64,000 nucleotides of DNA from an uncultured Acidobacteriota bacterium (GCA_963796275.1 CAWCKY010000006.1:704001-768000); one strand, 5' to 3'; shown: positions 31,287-43,018, counted from the first letter of the stretch. A program made the numbers and translations. The notes: generated from the sequence alone by a model not told the origin.

Positions 31287-31991
31287 ATGATCGATAGCCT
31301 GGAAGAGCTGGCGGAAGTTGAAATAGACCAACTGGCGCAGCGTTTTGAATCGAGCAGCGTTGAAGAAATCCTCGAATGGGCGGTCGACCGATTCGCGCCG
31401 AGTCTGGTAATGACATCGAACTTCGGCGCCGAAGGCGTGGTCGTCATCGATAAGCTGGCGCGCGTCGCGCCGCACGTCCCCGTCATTTATCTTGAAACCG
31501 GGTTCCAGTTCGGCGAGACGGACCAGCTCAAAGAGAGAATTCGCGAACGCTACCGGATTAATATCGTCGAACAACGCGCGGAGTTGAGCGTCGTCGAACA
31601 AAACCGGCTCTATGGCAAGAAGCTTTACGAGCGCGATCCGGACCTGTGTTGTCGCATACGCAAGGTCGAACCGCTCAAGCAGGCGCTCAGTGGATACGAT
31701 GGCTGGATCGCGGCGCTGCGGCGGGATCAGTCGCCGTCGCGGGCGAACATCGGCGTGGTCGAATGGAACGCGCGCCATGGGCTGGTAAAAATCCATCCTC
31801 TTGCCGCCTGGACGCGCCGCGATGTATGGGATTACATAATGAGCAATAAACTGCCTTATCATCCGCTTTATGACGATGGTTATGCGAGCATCGGTTGCAA
31901 ACCCTGCACGCGCCGAGTGGTTGCCGGCGCGCATGAACGAAGCGGTCGGTGGGAGGGGCAGGGCAAGCTGGAGTGCGGTATTCATCTCTGA
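31287..31991 (+). CDS. cysH: APS/PAPS reductase, 4Fe-4S type
   Basis: CCRIRKVEPL, RRDQS..R, Y.SIGCKPCT, ECGIH; start at ATG 31287 after GGAGGAG. Confidence 0.95.
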   Translation: MIDSLEELAEVEIDQLAQRFESSSVEEILEWAVDRFAPSLVMTSNFGAEGVVVIDKLARVAPHVPVIYLETGFQFGETDQLKERIRERYRINIVEQRAELSVVEQNRLYGKKLYERDPDLCCRIRKVEPLKQALSGYDGWIAALRRDQSPSRANIGVVEWNARHGLVKIHPLAAWTRRDVWDYIMSNKLPYHPLYDDGYASIGCKPCTRRVVAGAHERSGRWEGQGKLECGIHL

Positions 31992-32005
31992 GATGCAAAA
32001 GTCTT

Positions 32006-32034
32006 TTGTCTTTTTATATTTGCCTGAATATAAT
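32006..32034 (+). promoter_or_regulatory. Putative sigma-70 promoter for sulfate transporter genes
   Basis: TTGTCT-17 nt-TATAAT. Confidence 0.55.
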
Positions 32035-32134
32035 GGTATGATACGGCTTCTCAGTTAAGCGGTCAGGAGAAGTCAAATTCGGAAAATATTCCACACTGAA
32101 GCAAGAACCAGGGAGCAGAAAATCTACAAAGGGC

Positions 32135-33178
32135 ATGGTGTCTCTCAATAACACTCATTGCCGAATGTATGCACAGAAAACACTGGCGCTAATCTTTGCG
32201 CTGGCCTTGATCTTTGTATTGTCGGCTTGCCGCCGCAAATCGGATGTAGCGAAGGAGGCCACGGTCACCGTTTACGGGTTTAGCGTGGTGAAAGAGCCGC
32301 TCGAGGGGGAAATCTTCCCGGCATACGAGAAGCTCTGGTTAGAAAAGACAGGACAGCAACTGACTTTCACTCCTTCCTATGCGGGATCCGAACTTGTGAC
32401 GAACCAGATCATCTCCGGGGTCGAAGCTGACGTGGCGATCCTCGCGATCGAGCGGAATGCCGATCGTCTGGTGGAAAGTCACGTGACGAATCACAACTGG
32501 CGCAGTCTGCCCTACGGAGGGATCGTCAATAAGACGCCGATGGTGATTCTCGTGCGGCAGGGCAATCCGAAACGCATCCGCGACTTCAGCGACCTCGCTA
32601 AGCCGGGTGTGAATTTGATACATTGCGATCCCATTTCATCAGGCGCCGGCCAATGGTCGCTGCTTGCCGTTTATGGATCGGAACTGATCAAGTCCGAGAA
32701 GCGGACCGGCAGGCGCGACAAGAAGAAGGCGTTCGAACTGCTGCAACAGGTCTGGAAAAATGTGATCACGCGGCCGCTCTCGGCGCGCGAAGCCCGGACG
32801 CAGTTTGAGAGGCGCGAAGGGGATGCTCTTATCACATACGAACTGGAGGCGTTGCAACTCCTCGAAAAGAACTTGGGAGATGTAATGATAGTTCCGCCTG
32901 CTACGATCTTCAGTGAGCATCCGGTGGTGATCATCGACGACCATATGCCGGCGGCCAAATTCGCCATTGTCGAATTGTTTGTACGTTACCTTTGGGAGAG
33001 ACCGGCGCAGGAGGCTTGGGTGAAGTCGAGATTCCGGTCGGTGACCGATGAGAGTCTGAATGCCAAATTTGCCAAGATTGAGATGCCATTTTATGTGAAA
33101 GACCTGGGCGGGTGGGAACACGCATATCCGGAGATCGTGGATGGCGTGTGGAAGCGGGATATCCAGAAAGAGAAGTAA
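32135..33178 (+). CDS. sbp: Sulfate ABC transporter substrate-binding lipoprotein
   Basis: LSAC lipobox; VRQGNPKRIRDFSDL, PISSGAG, GDALITYE.E. Confidence 0.88.
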   Translation: MVSLNNTHCRMYAQKTLALIFALALIFVLSACRRKSDVAKEATVTVYGFSVVKEPLEGEIFPAYEKLWLEKTGQQLTFTPSYAGSELVTNQIISGVEADVAILAIERNADRLVESHVTNHNWRSLPYGGIVNKTPMVILVRQGNPKRIRDFSDLAKPGVNLIHCDPISSGAGQWSLLAVYGSELIKSEKRTGRRDKKKAFELLQQVWKNVITRPLSAREARTQFERREGDALITYELEALQLLEKNLGDVMIVPPATIFSEHPVVIIDDHMPAAKFAIVELFVRYLWERPAQEAWVKSRFRSVTDESLNAKFAKIEMPFYVKDLGGWEHAYPEIVDGVWKRDIQKEK

Positions 33179-33187
33179 ATTGCGCTT

Positions 33188-34018
33188 ATGAGTAGTAAGG
33201 TAATGACTCCGCCGGGGGTTGGTGTCGACCTGGCCCGTCCTCTGGGAATCAGCTTCATTATTGCGGCGATGATGCCGCTCGTCATCTTGCCGCTCGCCTC
33301 GATCTTCATCTTCGGTTTCAGTAAGGGGCCGGCACACTTCTTCGAGGCGTTGATGGCGCCGGCGGCGCTCTCGTCGCTCCGGTTGAGCCTGCTGACGAGC
33401 AGCATCGCGACGGTCTGTAACGTGATCTTCGGGTTGATCGCGGCTTACGTCATGAGCAGGCATGATTTTAGAGGCAGTTCGGCATTGATGATCATCATCA
33501 GCCTGCCGACAGCGATACCGACGGCGGTTGCGGGGTTCGCTCTCCTTTTATTATGGGGTCGTAGTGGATTGCTCGGACAGTTCCTCGAACATACCGACTA
33601 CCATATTATGTTTACGACCTCGGCTATCATTCTGGCCAATATCTTCGTGACCTTCCCTCTGGCTTTCGGGGTGATCAAGCCGGTGCTCGATAATCTCGAT
33701 ACGACATACGAATATGCGGCGGAGACGATGGGCGCATCGCGCTGGCAGACGTTTCGTTTTGTGGTTCTGCCGAGCCTGCGCGGCGCAATCTATACGGGCG
33801 CGTTGCTGACCTTCGCGCGGTCGATCGGAGAGTTCGGATCGACGATTATGGTGAGCGGCAATCTGGCGATGAAAACGCAGACCGCGCCGCTTTATATCTA
33901 CTCGAAATTCAATGAAGGCGATGTCGAAAGCGCGAATGCGATCGCGGCAGTGCTCGCCATTATTTCGTTAGCCATATTTTCACTGATTATTTTTTCGCGT
34001 AAGAGACTGGAAAAATGA
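33188..34018 (+). CDS. cysT: Sulfate ABC transporter permease
   Basis: LPTAIPTAVAG, FVTFP, AAETMGAS, FARSIGEFGS..MVSGN. Confidence 0.85.
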   Translation: MSSKVMTPPGVGVDLARPLGISFIIAAMMPLVILPLASIFIFGFSKGPAHFFEALMAPAALSSLRLSLLTSSIATVCNVIFGLIAAYVMSRHDFRGSSALMIIISLPTAIPTAVAGFALLLLWGRSGLLGQFLEHTDYHIMFTTSAIILANIFVTFPLAFGVIKPVLDNLDTTYEYAAETMGASRWQTFRFVVLPSLRGAIYTGALLTFARSIGEFGSTIMVSGNLAMKTQTAPLYIYSKFNEGDVESANAIAAVLAIISLAIFSLIIFSRKRLEK

Positions 34019-34020
34019 TT

Positions 34021-34108
34021 GACCACAGAACAATACGAACTGAAACACATAAAGCGCAAAAGGAGCAATTTGCGTTTGTTGTCGCACTATTTGTGATTTT
34101 TGTGGTGA
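34021..34108. repeat. Purine/pyrimidine inverted module (accacag...tttgtggt)
   Basis: accacagaacaa...cacataaagcgcaaa / tttgcgtttg...tttgtgatttttgtggt. Confidence 0.55.
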
Positions 34109-34133
34109 GTTATTCCCACAGAGGAGGAACGAG

Positions 34134-35312
34134 ATGGCGAGAGAAATGGTAGCTCCCTTACACGAAACTCATGCCTCTATCGATCCCAAAGCCGGAAAGC
34201 GCGAAGCACTGCGAGTTGTCGGCTTGAGCAAATGGTTCGGTTCTGAAAGAGTCCTCGACGATGTGAGTTTTTCCATAGCCGAGGGCGGCAGCCTGGTCCT
34301 GCTGGGACATTCGGGAAGCGGAAAAAGCACGACCCTGCGCATCATCGCCGGTTTGATCGAACCTGACGCGGGAGAGGTCTATTTGCACGGAAGACATATC
34401 GAGCATCTCCGTGCGCGCGAGCGCAATATGGGTATTATCTTCCAGAACTATGCGCTCTTTCCGCGCATGACGGTGGAGGAGAATATCGGCTTCGGATTGC
34501 GCATTCGTGGCATGAACAAAGAAAAACGAAAAGTGATAGTCGATGAATTGTTGGGGATGACGGGGTTGTACGAGCAACGAGACAAGTACCCGGCGCAGCT
34601 CTCCGGAGGCCAGCAGCAGCGCGTGGCGATCGCTCGTGCGCTGGCCTACAAGCCCGAGCTGCTCCTCTTCGATGAATCGTTCAGCGCCCTCGACCCGCAC
34701 ACCCGAGTCAGCCTGCGACGCGAAATAAGGGCCTTGCTGCGGAGACTGCGCGTGCCCTCTCTTTTCATTACCCACGACCAGGAAGAGGCGATGGAACTGG
34801 GCGATGAAATAGCCATCCTTAACGGCGGGCGATTGGAGCAGATCGGCGCTCCCGATGAGGTCTACAACAGCCCGCAGACCGAATTCGTCGCTACTTTCCT
34901 CGGAACTGCGAATGTCGTCGAGGGGAGCTGGCGCGATGGTTTGATCGCGCTTGACTGCAATCGGGTCCTCTCTCCGCCCAGGCCCGCGCCGCCGAAGGTG
35001 TCGGAGAGAGTCAAAATCGTCTTTCGGCCCGAGGACATCACGCTTGGCCCGCCGACCGGCCTCGTCGAAACCCCTTATCATCTGGGCGGCGGCGAAGTGA
35101 TCGATGTATCCTTCACGGGCGCATCGGAGAACGTTATGATTCGATTGCTGCCCAAAGGCGAGAAAGAACTATCGCCGAATGCCGTCTCCGACAAGAAATG
35201 CGACTTTGTCATCAAAGTATTACGGACGAAGTGGGATTCCCGGAAATTGAAGCTCGCCCCGGGCGAGGTGGTTTCGGTCGGTCTCAAGTCGTATAAGATC
35301 TTAAGGGGCTGA
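34134..35312 (+). CDS. cysA: Sulfate ABC transporter ATP-binding protein
   Basis: GHSGSGKS, FQNYALF, LSGGQQQR, THDQEEA; operon context. Confidence 0.88.
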   Translation: MAREMVAPLHETHASIDPKAGKREALRVVGLSKWFGSERVLDDVSFSIAEGGSLVLLGHSGSGKSTTLRIIAGLIEPDAGEVYLHGRHIEHLRARERNMGIIFQNYALFPRMTVEENIGFGLRIRGMNKEKRKVIVDELLGMTGLYEQRDKYPAQLSGGQQQRVAIARALAYKPELLLFDESFSALDPHTRVSLRREIRALLRRLRVPSLFITHDQEEAMELGDEIAILNGGRLEQIGAPDEVYNSPQTEFVATFLGTANVVEGSWRDGLIALDCNRVLSPPRPAPPKVSERVKIVFRPEDITLGPPTGLVETPYHLGGGEVIDVSFTGASENVMIRLLPKGEKELSPNAVSDKKCDFVIKVLRTKWDSRKLKLAPGEVVSVGLKSYKILRG

Positions 35313-35332
35313 TACTGGATTCGCCCTTTTGG

Positions 35333-35422
35333 GGTAGCAAAAAGCAAAAAGGGCAAAAGAAGGGGACAAAAAGGGCAAAAATCATGCTTGTCCTTTTTGT
35401 CCCTTTTTGTCTTTTTCGCTTA
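35333..35422. repeat. Inverted ~9-10-mer module (GGGCAAAAA)n/(TTTTTGTCC)n
   Basis: gcaaaaagcaaaaagggcaaaagaaggggacaaaaagggcaaaaa / ttgtcctttttgtccctttttgtc. Confidence 0.8.
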
Positions 35423-35448
35423 CATAGTTAAAATCAACACGCACAAAA

Positions 35449-35874
35449 ATGAATCAGACTAACGTAAATCTAAAACTCGATTACACCATACTTTGTGAAG
35501 ACGTGCGCGTTGAGGCGGCGAACCATCTGAGCCTTATGGGGGTGACACATCAAATCGTCGTACCGCAATTACCCATAACGCTGATTAAGTTTGCAGTAGT
35601 CAACCACTGGCATGGCGAGGGGCAATATTTAAGCGAGGTTCGTATTCTGACACCCGATTATTCGCAGCCCGTTGCTGTATCACAACCGTCCAGCTTTGTC
35701 GTGCCGCCCGATGGGTACGCCGACAACGTCACGATCTTCGTAAACACAAGTTTCTTTCAACCCGGCAATTACATCGTGCAGACTCTGATCAACTCGTCTC
35801 TGTTTGCCGAGCGCGTCTTGCCGGTTATGCTCATCGACCAACAACCGGTCAATCAGAGTGAGCGAGTCCACTGA
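35449..35874 (+). CDS. Conserved hypothetical protein (DUF6941-like beta-sandwich)
   Basis: ILCEDVR.E....SLMG and F.QPGNY pattern. Confidence 0.7.
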   Translation: MNQTNVNLKLDYTILCEDVRVEAANHLSLMGVTHQIVVPQLPITLIKFAVVNHWHGEGQYLSEVRILTPDYSQPVAVSQPSSFVVPPDGYADNVTIFVNTSFFQPGNYIVQTLINSSLFAERVLPVMLIDQQPVNQSERVH

Positions 35875-35899
35875 ATTTTTTATATCGGCAGGAGATTGA

Positions 35900-37903
35900 A
35901 TGTCAGAAAAAATCGATAACCTTGCAATCAATACAATCCGCACGCTCGCAATGGATGGCGTCCAGAAGGCGAATTCCGGTCACCCTGGTATGCCTATGGG
36001 GATGGCGCCGGCCGCCTACGTGCTTTGGACCAAGTTCCTACGGCATAACCCGAAAAATCCCCGGTGGGCGAATCGCGATCGCTTCGTGCTTTCCGCGGGT
36101 CACGGCTCGATGCTTCTATACAGCCTGCTGTTTCTGACCGGATATGAGGACTATCCGCTCGATCAATTGAAGCAGTTCCGCCAATATGGAAGTTTAACCC
36201 CGGGCCATCCGGAGTCCGAGCTCTCGCAGGCGATCGAAACCACCACCGGCCCGCTCGGACAGGGTTTCGCCAATGGCGTCGGAATGGCCATAGGAGCCGA
36301 ATATCTCGCATCTTATTTCAATCGCCCGGGCCATAATCTCTTTGATTATTATATTTACGCAATCGTCTCAGACGGAGACCTGATGGAGGGAGTGGCATCG
36401 GAGGCCGCGTCAATGGCCGGTCATTTGAAACTCGGTCGCTTAATCTACCTCTACGACGACAACCATATATCGATCGATGGGACCACGGAATTCGCTTTCA
36501 CGGAAGACAGGGCCAAACGGTTTGAAGCTTACAATTGGCACGTGCAGACGGTGAGCGATGGCAACGATCTGGCCGCCATCGAAAAGGCCATCCGCAACGC
36601 GCAGGCTGATCCTCGCCCTTCTATCATTTGCGTTAGAACCATCATCGGCTACGGCAGTCCGAACAAAGCGGGCACGGCAAAAGCGCACGGCGAGCCGCTC
36701 GGCGTCGAGGAGGTGAAGCTGAGCAAGCAAAACTTAGGCTGGCCGTACGAAGAGCCGTTCTACGTGCCTGAAGAATCATTGAAGAAATTCCGCCAGGCGA
36801 TCGATCGCGGCGCGCAACTGGAAAGTGAATGGAACGCGAGGTTCGAAGCCTATGCGAAAGAGCATCTCGAACTGGCCGCATCCTGGCGCGCGTGGTACGG
36901 CGGCCATTTGCCCGAGGGATGGCAATCCAAGATGCCGGTTTTCCCGACAGATAAGCCTATGGCGACGCGCGAGGCGTCAGGTAAGGCGCTCAACGCCTTC
37001 GCCAATGCGCTGCCGATGCTCATCGGCGGTTCGGCAGATTTGCGCCCATCCAACAATACGTTCCTCGAAGGAATGGGAGAATTCCAGCCGGGCAATTACT
37101 CGGGTCGCAATTTCCATTTCGGCGTGCGCGAACACGCGATGGGATCGGTCATGAACGGAATCGCGCTGACCAGACCCCTGATTCCATTCGGCGGCACTTT
37201 CCTGGTCTTCTATGACTATATGCGCCCGCCGGTGCGGCTGGCCTCTATGATGGGTATTCAGGTAATCTATGTTTACACACATGACAGCATAGGACTCGGT
37301 GAGGACGGCCCGACGCATCAACCGGTCGAGCATCTGATGGGACTGCGGGCCGTGCCGAATCTGACGCTGATCCGTCCGGCTGATGCGAATGAGACTGCGG
37401 TAGCGTGGCGCGTGGCGCTGGAGAATAGCCATGGACCCACCGCGCTCGCTTTGACCCGGCAGAAGCTCCCGGTATTCGACCGCACGAAATATGCTTCCGC
37501 AGAGGGATTGGCCAGAGGCGCTTACATCTTGAGCGAATCGCCGGGGGGTAGGTTGGATGCGATCCTCATCGCCACGGGTTCCGAGGTGTCAGTGGCCATC
37601 GAAGCGCAAGATAAGCTTGCGGCGCAGGGCATAAACGCCCGCGTGGTGAGCATGCCTAGCTGGGAGTTATTCGATAAACAACCGCGCTCTTATCGCGATG
37701 AGGTGCTGCCGTCCCGTATAAAAGCGCGCCTTGCGATTGAGGCGGGCGTGACGCTCGGTTGGAGTAAATATGTCGGCGAAACGGGTGAGGTGATCGGGCT
37801 CGATCGGTATGGAGCTTCATCGCCATATCAGGTAGCGATGGAGAAATTGGGGTTTACGGCGGAGAATGCGGTCGTGCGTGTGAAAGCGATGATTGGAAAA
37901 TAG
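35900..37903 (+). CDS. tkt: Transketolase
   Basis: [47 protein letters not shown]. Confidence 0.98.
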   Translation: MSEKIDNLAINTIRTLAMDGVQKANSGHPGMPMGMAPAAYVLWTKFLRHNPKNPRWANRDRFVLSAGHGSMLLYSLLFLTGYEDYPLDQLKQFRQYGSLTPGHPESELSQAIETTTGPLGQGFANGVGMAIGAEYLASYFNRPGHNLFDYYIYAIVSDGDLMEGVASEAASMAGHLKLGRLIYLYDDNHISIDGTTEFAFTEDRAKRFEAYNWHVQTVSDGNDLAAIEKAIRNAQADPRPSIICVRTIIGYGSPNKAGTAKAHGEPLGVEEVKLSKQNLGWPYEEPFYVPEESLKKFRQAIDRGAQLESEWNARFEAYAKEHLELAASWRAWYGGHLPEGWQSKMPVFPTDKPMATREASGKALNAFANALPMLIGGSADLRPSNNTFLEGMGEFQPGNYSGRNFHFGVREHAMGSVMNGIALTRPLIPFGGTFLVFYDYMRPPVRLASMMGIQVIYVYTHDSIGLGEDGPTHQPVEHLMGLRAVPNLTLIRPADANETAVAWRVALENSHGPTALALTRQKLPVFDRTKYASAEGLARGAYILSESPGGRLDAILIATGSEVSVAIEAQDKLAAQGINARVVSMPSWELFDKQPRSYRDEVLPSRIKARLAIEAGVTLGWSKYVGETGEVIGLDRYGASSPYQVAMEKLGFTAENAVVRVKAMIGK

Positions 37904-37999
37904 GGCCCTGATCATTGTTCTTGCCACCGGAGATTATATGTAAGACGGAAAATCATTTCCTGTCTTACACTCTAGTGGCAGAGACGGAAGAGGAGTTTG

Positions 38000-39346
38000 A
38001 TGGCAACAGCAGCTAATCGTTTACCTCCCGGTCCGAGACCGCTTCTCCCCACCTCGAATATCATCGCTATGCGCCGCGACCGTTGTGGGTTTTTGACCAG
38101 GCTCGCGCGCGAATATGGAGATCTGGTCTATTTTAAACTCGGACAGCAGCCTGTTTTTCTGCTCAACCATCCCGACTACATTCGAGACGTACTCGTCACG
38201 CACAATAAAAATTTCATGAAGGGCGAGGGGCTTCAGCGGGCAAAACGGCTGCTGGGAGAAGGTTTGTTGACGAGCGAGGGAGAGTTTCATCTGCGCCAGC
38301 GCCGGTTATCGCAGCCAGCTTTCCACCGGCAACAGATCGCCGGGTACGCCGCGACGATGGTCGATTACGCTGAGCGGATGCGCGACGGCTGGAAAGAGGG
38401 AGAGACGGTCGAGATGTCCCGCGAGATGATGCGTCTGACGCTCGCGATCGCGGGCAAGACTCTCTTCGATGCCGATGTTGAGTCCGAGGCCGATGAAATA
38501 GGCGATGCGTTGAGCCGGGCGATGGCATTATTCAATAATCTGACGGTGCCGTTCTCACATTTGCTCGAAAAGTTGCCTCTGCCTGCAGTGCGCCGGTTTC
38601 ATAAAGCCAGGGAGCGGCTCGATGCCACCATCTATCGAATGATAGATGAGCGGCGCAGAAGCGGCGATGCCGGGGGTGATCTGCTCTCCATTTTGATACA
38701 AGCGCGCGACGAGGAAGGTGACGGAACAGGGATGACCGATGAGCAATTGCGCGACGAGATGATGACCATTTTCCTGGCGGGTCACGAAACGACGGCCAAC
38801 GCTCTCACGTGGACGTGGTATCTGTTATCGCAAAACCCCGATATCGAAGCCAAGTTGCACCGTGAGGTTGATGATGTGTTACGGGGACGTTTGCCGATCG
38901 CTGATGACTATCCGAATTTGAGTTACACCGAAATGGTCTTCGCCGAGTCGATGCGATTGTACCCGCCCGCATGGATCATCGGACGCCGGGCGCTCAATGA
39001 TTATCAGATCGGTGATTATTTCATTCCGGCACGTTCGATTCTGCTGATGAGCCAGTACCTGATGCATCGCAATGAGAAGTACTTCGCCGATCCGCTGAAA
39101 TTCGATCCCGAAAGATGGAGACCGGAAGCTAGAGAGTCGCGTCCCAAATTCTCATACTTTCCTTTCGGCGGCGGCCCGCGCCTCTGCATCGGCGAACACT
39201 TCGCCTGGATGGAAGGAGTGCTGGTGATAGCGACTGTGGCGCGGCGATGGAAGTTGAGGCTTATGCAAGGGCATCCGGTGGAGCCGCAACCGATTGTGAC
39301 ACTCCGGCCGAAGTACGGGATGAAGATGATCGTTGGGCGGCGGTGA
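38000..39346 (+). CDS. Cytochrome P450
   Basis: [24 protein letters not shown]. Confidence 0.97.
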   Translation: MATAANRLPPGPRPLLPTSNIIAMRRDRCGFLTRLAREYGDLVYFKLGQQPVFLLNHPDYIRDVLVTHNKNFMKGEGLQRAKRLLGEGLLTSEGEFHLRQRRLSQPAFHRQQIAGYAATMVDYAERMRDGWKEGETVEMSREMMRLTLAIAGKTLFDADVESEADEIGDALSRAMALFNNLTVPFSHLLEKLPLPAVRRFHKARERLDATIYRMIDERRRSGDAGGDLLSILIQARDEEGDGTGMTDEQLRDEMMTIFLAGHETTANALTWTWYLLSQNPDIEAKLHREVDDVLRGRLPIADDYPNLSYTEMVFAESMRLYPPAWIIGRRALNDYQIGDYFIPARSILLMSQYLMHRNEKYFADPLKFDPERWRPEARESRPKFSYFPFGGGPRLCIGEHFAWMEGVLVIATVARRWKLRLMQGHPVEPQPIVTLRPKYGMKMIVGRR

Positions 39347-39526
39347 GCGTAGGTAAACGGGTGACTGCCTTGACTCATGTTCCAACTGCTTTTGCGGCGA
39401 TTGAACTTAGCCCAGCCTTTAGTCGTGCTGTTTAAGCACGCTCCTCGTATCACTCCATTGGCATCACGAAAGGCAGCGATCTGGCAGATGGTTTTTGAAA
39501 AATATATCCAATCACGGACTGCGGCC

Positions 39527-39687
<161 letters not shown>

Positions 39688-39861
39688 TTTGGAAGTTGCA
39701 TTAATTTTTCAACCACCCATAAAGGCTGGAAGCGCGCACGAAACGAGTCGATTAGCCGTAACGACGGTTGAATACCAATTACTCAACCGTCGCTAACGCT
39801 ACTGGAACTGCCTTATATCGCCTCCCCGGCCTTCAAACCTCGTCATTACCCAAACTTTAGT

Positions 39862-39921
39862 GCGAAATCAGCCCACGGAGTGGGCTTTATTCTGTCGCCC
39901 GCGTTCGCGGGCTGATTTCGT
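39862..39921. repeat. REP-like inverted pair
   Basis: cgaaatcagcccacggagtgggc ... gcccgcgttcgcgggctgatttcg. Confidence 0.75.
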
Positions 39922-40027
39922 GCAAAGATTTGGCTAATTACAAGGCCTTGAAAGCGCGCCATGAAAGGCCGGGCAAAGTTCAATCGCCGCTGATTGAATG
40001 GCATTGTCATGTTATGTAGGTGTATAT

Positions 40028-42199
40028 CTATGGCTTCATCGCCACATCCATCTTCAGCACACCCACCAGAAATCCCCACCGATCGGCAATCTCTTCAATG
40101 ATCTTCGACGTCGGTTTACCCGCGCCGTGCCCCGCTTTGGTCTCGATCCGGATCAACACCGGAGCCGGCCCCGCTTGCGCAGCTTGCAGGGTCGCTGCGA
40201 ATTTGAAGCTGTGCGCCGGAACTACCCGATCGTCGTGGTCGGCCGTCGTAATGAACGTCGCCGGATACTTCATTCCCGGTTTGATGTTATGCAGAGGCGA
40301 ATAGGCATACAGGGCCTTGAACTCCCCGGGATTATCCGATGAGCCGTAATCGGACACCCAGGCCCAGCCGATGGTGAATTTTTGGAAACGCAGCATATCC
40401 ATCACGCCGACTTGAGGGAGAGCTGCACCGAACAGATCGGGCCGTTGCGTTATCGAAGCGCCGACGAGCAGGCCGCCGTTGCTGCCGCCGCCGATGGCCA
40501 GTTTCGGCGTCGACGTGTATTTATTTGCGATCAACCATTCGGCCGCCGCTATGAAGTCATCGAAGACGTTCTGCTTCTTCGATTTCGTTCCCGCCAGATG
40601 CCATTCTTCCCCGTATTCGCCGCCGCCGCGCAGGTTGGGTTGCGCGAAAACGCCGCCCATCTCCATCCAGACAAGATTCGCGATTGAGAATGCCGGAGTC
40701 AGCGAAACGCTGAATCCTCCGTAGCCGTATAGATAGGTAGGATTGTTCCCATCGAGTTTCAGCCCCTTCTTGTGCGTGATGAACATCGGCACGCGCGTGC
40801 CGTCCTTGCTCTTGTAAAAGACCTGCTTCGTCTCGTAATCGTTCGGTTTAAAGTCGACTTTCGGTTGGCGATAAATGGTGCTCTTGCCTGTCTTCAGATC
40901 GTAGCGATAGACAGTCGCCGGAGCGGTGAAGCCGGTGAACGCATAGAATGTCTCCGCGTCTTTGCGTTTGCCGCCGAACCCGGCGGCCGTGCCGATGCCT
41001 GGCAACTCCACTTCGCGTACGAACTTTCCTTTCAGGTCGAAAAGCTTGATTTGTGTGCGCGCGTCTTTCAAATACGAGGCGATGAAATGATCGCCGACCA
41101 GGCTGACGCCTTCGAGAGTCTCGCGCGCCTGTGGGATGAGCTCTTTCCAGTTCTTGCGGTCAGGATTGAGCGTATCGATGGCGATGACGCGGCCGCGCGT
41201 GGCATCGAGATCCGTGCGGAACCAGAAGAGCGGGCCGTCATTTCCTATGAAGGTGTATGCCGCTTCGAGTTCTGAAATCAGTTCAACTACCTGGGCGTCG
41301 CTCTTCTGCAGGTCTTTGTAAAATATTCGATTCTTAGGGTCGGTGCCCTGCCAGACGTTGACGATCAGATAGGCCCCATCCTCGGTGACATCGCCGATGA
41401 ATCCCCACTCTTTTTGGTCTTTGCGCTCATAGATCAGTACATCTTCGGACTGAGGAGTGCCCAGGCGATGGTAATAAAGTTTCTGGAAATAGTTAACATC
41501 TTCCAGCTTGGTCTTTTCGTTCGGCTCATCGTAGCGGCTGTAGAAGAATCCCTTGCCGTCCTTCGTCCAGGAAGCGCCGGAAAATTTCACCCACTTGAGA
41601 TGATCGGTTAGGTCCTTGCCGGTTGCGATATCGCGGACTTTCCAATCCGTCCAATCCGAGCCTGAAGTGGAAAGACCGTATGCCAGGTGACGGCCATCGT
41701 GACTGACGGCCAGGCTGGACAATGCGACGGTGCCGTCTTTCGTCAGCGTGTTCGGATCGAAAAGAACGCGCGGCTGATCATTGAGTGATTCAATCGTGTA
41801 CATTACGCTCTGGTTTTGCAGGCCGTCGTTTTTGAAATAGAAATAACGCCCGCCTTCTTTGAACGGAGTGCTGTACTTTTCGTAGTTCCAGAGTTTTGTC
41901 AATCGCTCTTCGATCTTGGCTCGCTCGGGAATCTTCTCCAGAAAACCGAACGTCAACTTGTTCTCGGCATCGATCCACGCGCGCGATTCATCCGAATCGG
42001 GGTTTTCGAGCCATCTGTATGGATCGGAGATCTTCGTCCCGTGGTAGTTGTCGATCTGATCCACTTTCCTTGGTTTCGGGTAATCAAAAGATTCTTCCAT
42101 TTGGTTCTTGCTTTGCGATGATACGGCGTGGTTTGTATAAACGAGCGACGCGATGCTTATGGCGGCGATGAGCGCGAGAAAGAATTTGAAGTTTTGCAT
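40028..42199 (-). CDS. Secreted prolyl oligopeptidase (S9A)
   Basis: Signal peptide from ATG 42199; DPYRWLE, GGSNGGLL, DDRV, AGHG triad. Confidence 0.96.
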   Translation of the reverse strand: MQNFKFFLALIAAISIASLVYTNHAVSSQSKNQMEESFDYPKPRKVDQIDNYHGTKISDPYRWLENPDSDESRAWIDAENKLTFGFLEKIPERAKIEERLTKLWNYEKYSTPFKEGGRYFYFKNDGLQNQSVMYTIESLNDQPRVLFDPNTLTKDGTVALSSLAVSHDGRHLAYGLSTSGSDWTDWKVRDIATGKDLTDHLKWVKFSGASWTKDGKGFFYSRYDEPNEKTKLEDVNYFQKLYYHRLGTPQSEDVLIYERKDQKEWGFIGDVTEDGAYLIVNVWQGTDPKNRIFYKDLQKSDAQVVELISELEAAYTFIGNDGPLFWFRTDLDATRGRVIAIDTLNPDRKNWKELIPQARETLEGVSLVGDHFIASYLKDARTQIKLFDLKGKFVREVELPGIGTAAGFGGKRKDAETFYAFTGFTAPATVYRYDLKTGKSTIYRQPKVDFKPNDYETKQVFYKSKDGTRVPMFITHKKGLKLDGNNPTYLYGYGGFSVSLTPAFSIANLVWMEMGGVFAQPNLRGGGEYGEEWHLAGTKSKKQNVFDDFIAAAEWLIANKYTSTPKLAIGGGSNGGLLVGASITQRPDLFGAALPQVGVMDMLRFQKFTIGWAWVSDYGSSDNPGEFKALYAYSPLHNIKPGMKYPATFITTADHDDRVVPAHSFKFAATLQAAQAGPAPVLIRIETKAGHGAGKPTSKIIEEIADRWGFLVGVLKMDVAMKP

Positions 42200-42241
42200 C
42201 GATTTTCCTAATCTCAATGTTGGGGAATACGCGACAATCAT

Positions 42242-42308
42242 TACCGCGGGCGGTAGCGAGAGAAGCTTATTTATAGAAGCTCGTTCGCTACCGCTCGCGC
42301 GATACTGT
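42242..42308. repeat. REP-like element (family B)
   Basis: cgcgggcggtagcga / tcgctaccgctcgcg inverted pair. Confidence 0.75.
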
Positions 42309-42309
42309 T

Positions 42310-42735
42310 TTAAACAAGTTTCGCAGTTAGTTTGATCTCTACGCCGGCGAGGGCTTTTGAGACGGGGCAATTCTTCTTGGCTGTCTCCGCCAATTCCTGA
42401 AACTTCGCCGCATCGATGCCAGGTACCGATGCGTCTGTATCGAGATCTATAGCCGTAATGGCGAATCCGCTATCCTTTTTGAGCAGATGGACTTTGGCTG
42501 AAGTTCTTATGCTCTTCGGTTCGAACCCTGAACTGCTGAGCGTCGCTGCAAATGCCATTGAAAAACATCCAGCGTGTGCAGCGCCGATCAGCTCTTCGGG
42601 ATTGGTCCCGACGCCATCTTCGAATCGTGAAGCGAAAGAAAATTGTCCTTCGAATGCGCCGCTGCCAAGCGACATTTTTCCTTTTCCCGCTTGAAGATTG
42701 CCTTCCCAGATTGCTTTTGCTGTACGAACTGCCAT
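42310..42735 (-). CDS. osmC: OsmC family peroxiredoxin
   Basis: GTNPEELIGAAHAGCFSM, CPVSKAL. Confidence 0.96.
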   Translation of the reverse strand: MAVRTAKAIWEGNLQAGKGKMSLGSGAFEGQFSFASRFEDGVGTNPEELIGAAHAGCFSMAFAATLSSSGFEPKSIRTSAKVHLLKKDSGFAITAIDLDTDASVPGIDAAKFQELAETAKKNCPVSKALAGVEIKLTAKLV

Positions 42736-42862
42736 TTCTCCCTCCAGTTGTTGAATTTTCTAGTTGATTTTTTTATCTAAAATCAAAGCTTAGCATAGGG
42801 ACGCGATCTATGTCTTTCACGAGTTGTTGCTCACATCATTCGAACGTGGCACTATGCGGATA

Positions 42863-43018
42863 AGGTAGTTGGTCGGTAGTCGGTAGTTGGTTGTCAGTGA
42901 AAGGTAGTCGGTAGTCGGGTGCCGGCTGTTGTTTCGCAAATTGGACGTAATAATTACACAACTAAACTATTCAAAACCGGCAACCGGCAACCGGCAACTG
43001 ACCGAATACCGCCAACCG
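42863..43018. repeat. Inverted heptamer module (GGTAGTC)n/(CAACCGG)n
   Basis: ggtagttggtcggtagtcggtagttgg ... accggcaaccggcaaccggcaactga. Confidence 0.8.

Noticed and set aside
42200-42370. Track N-terminal extension of prolyl oligopeptidase
   Set aside because: Overlaps osmC and a REP element; the signal peptide starts at 42199
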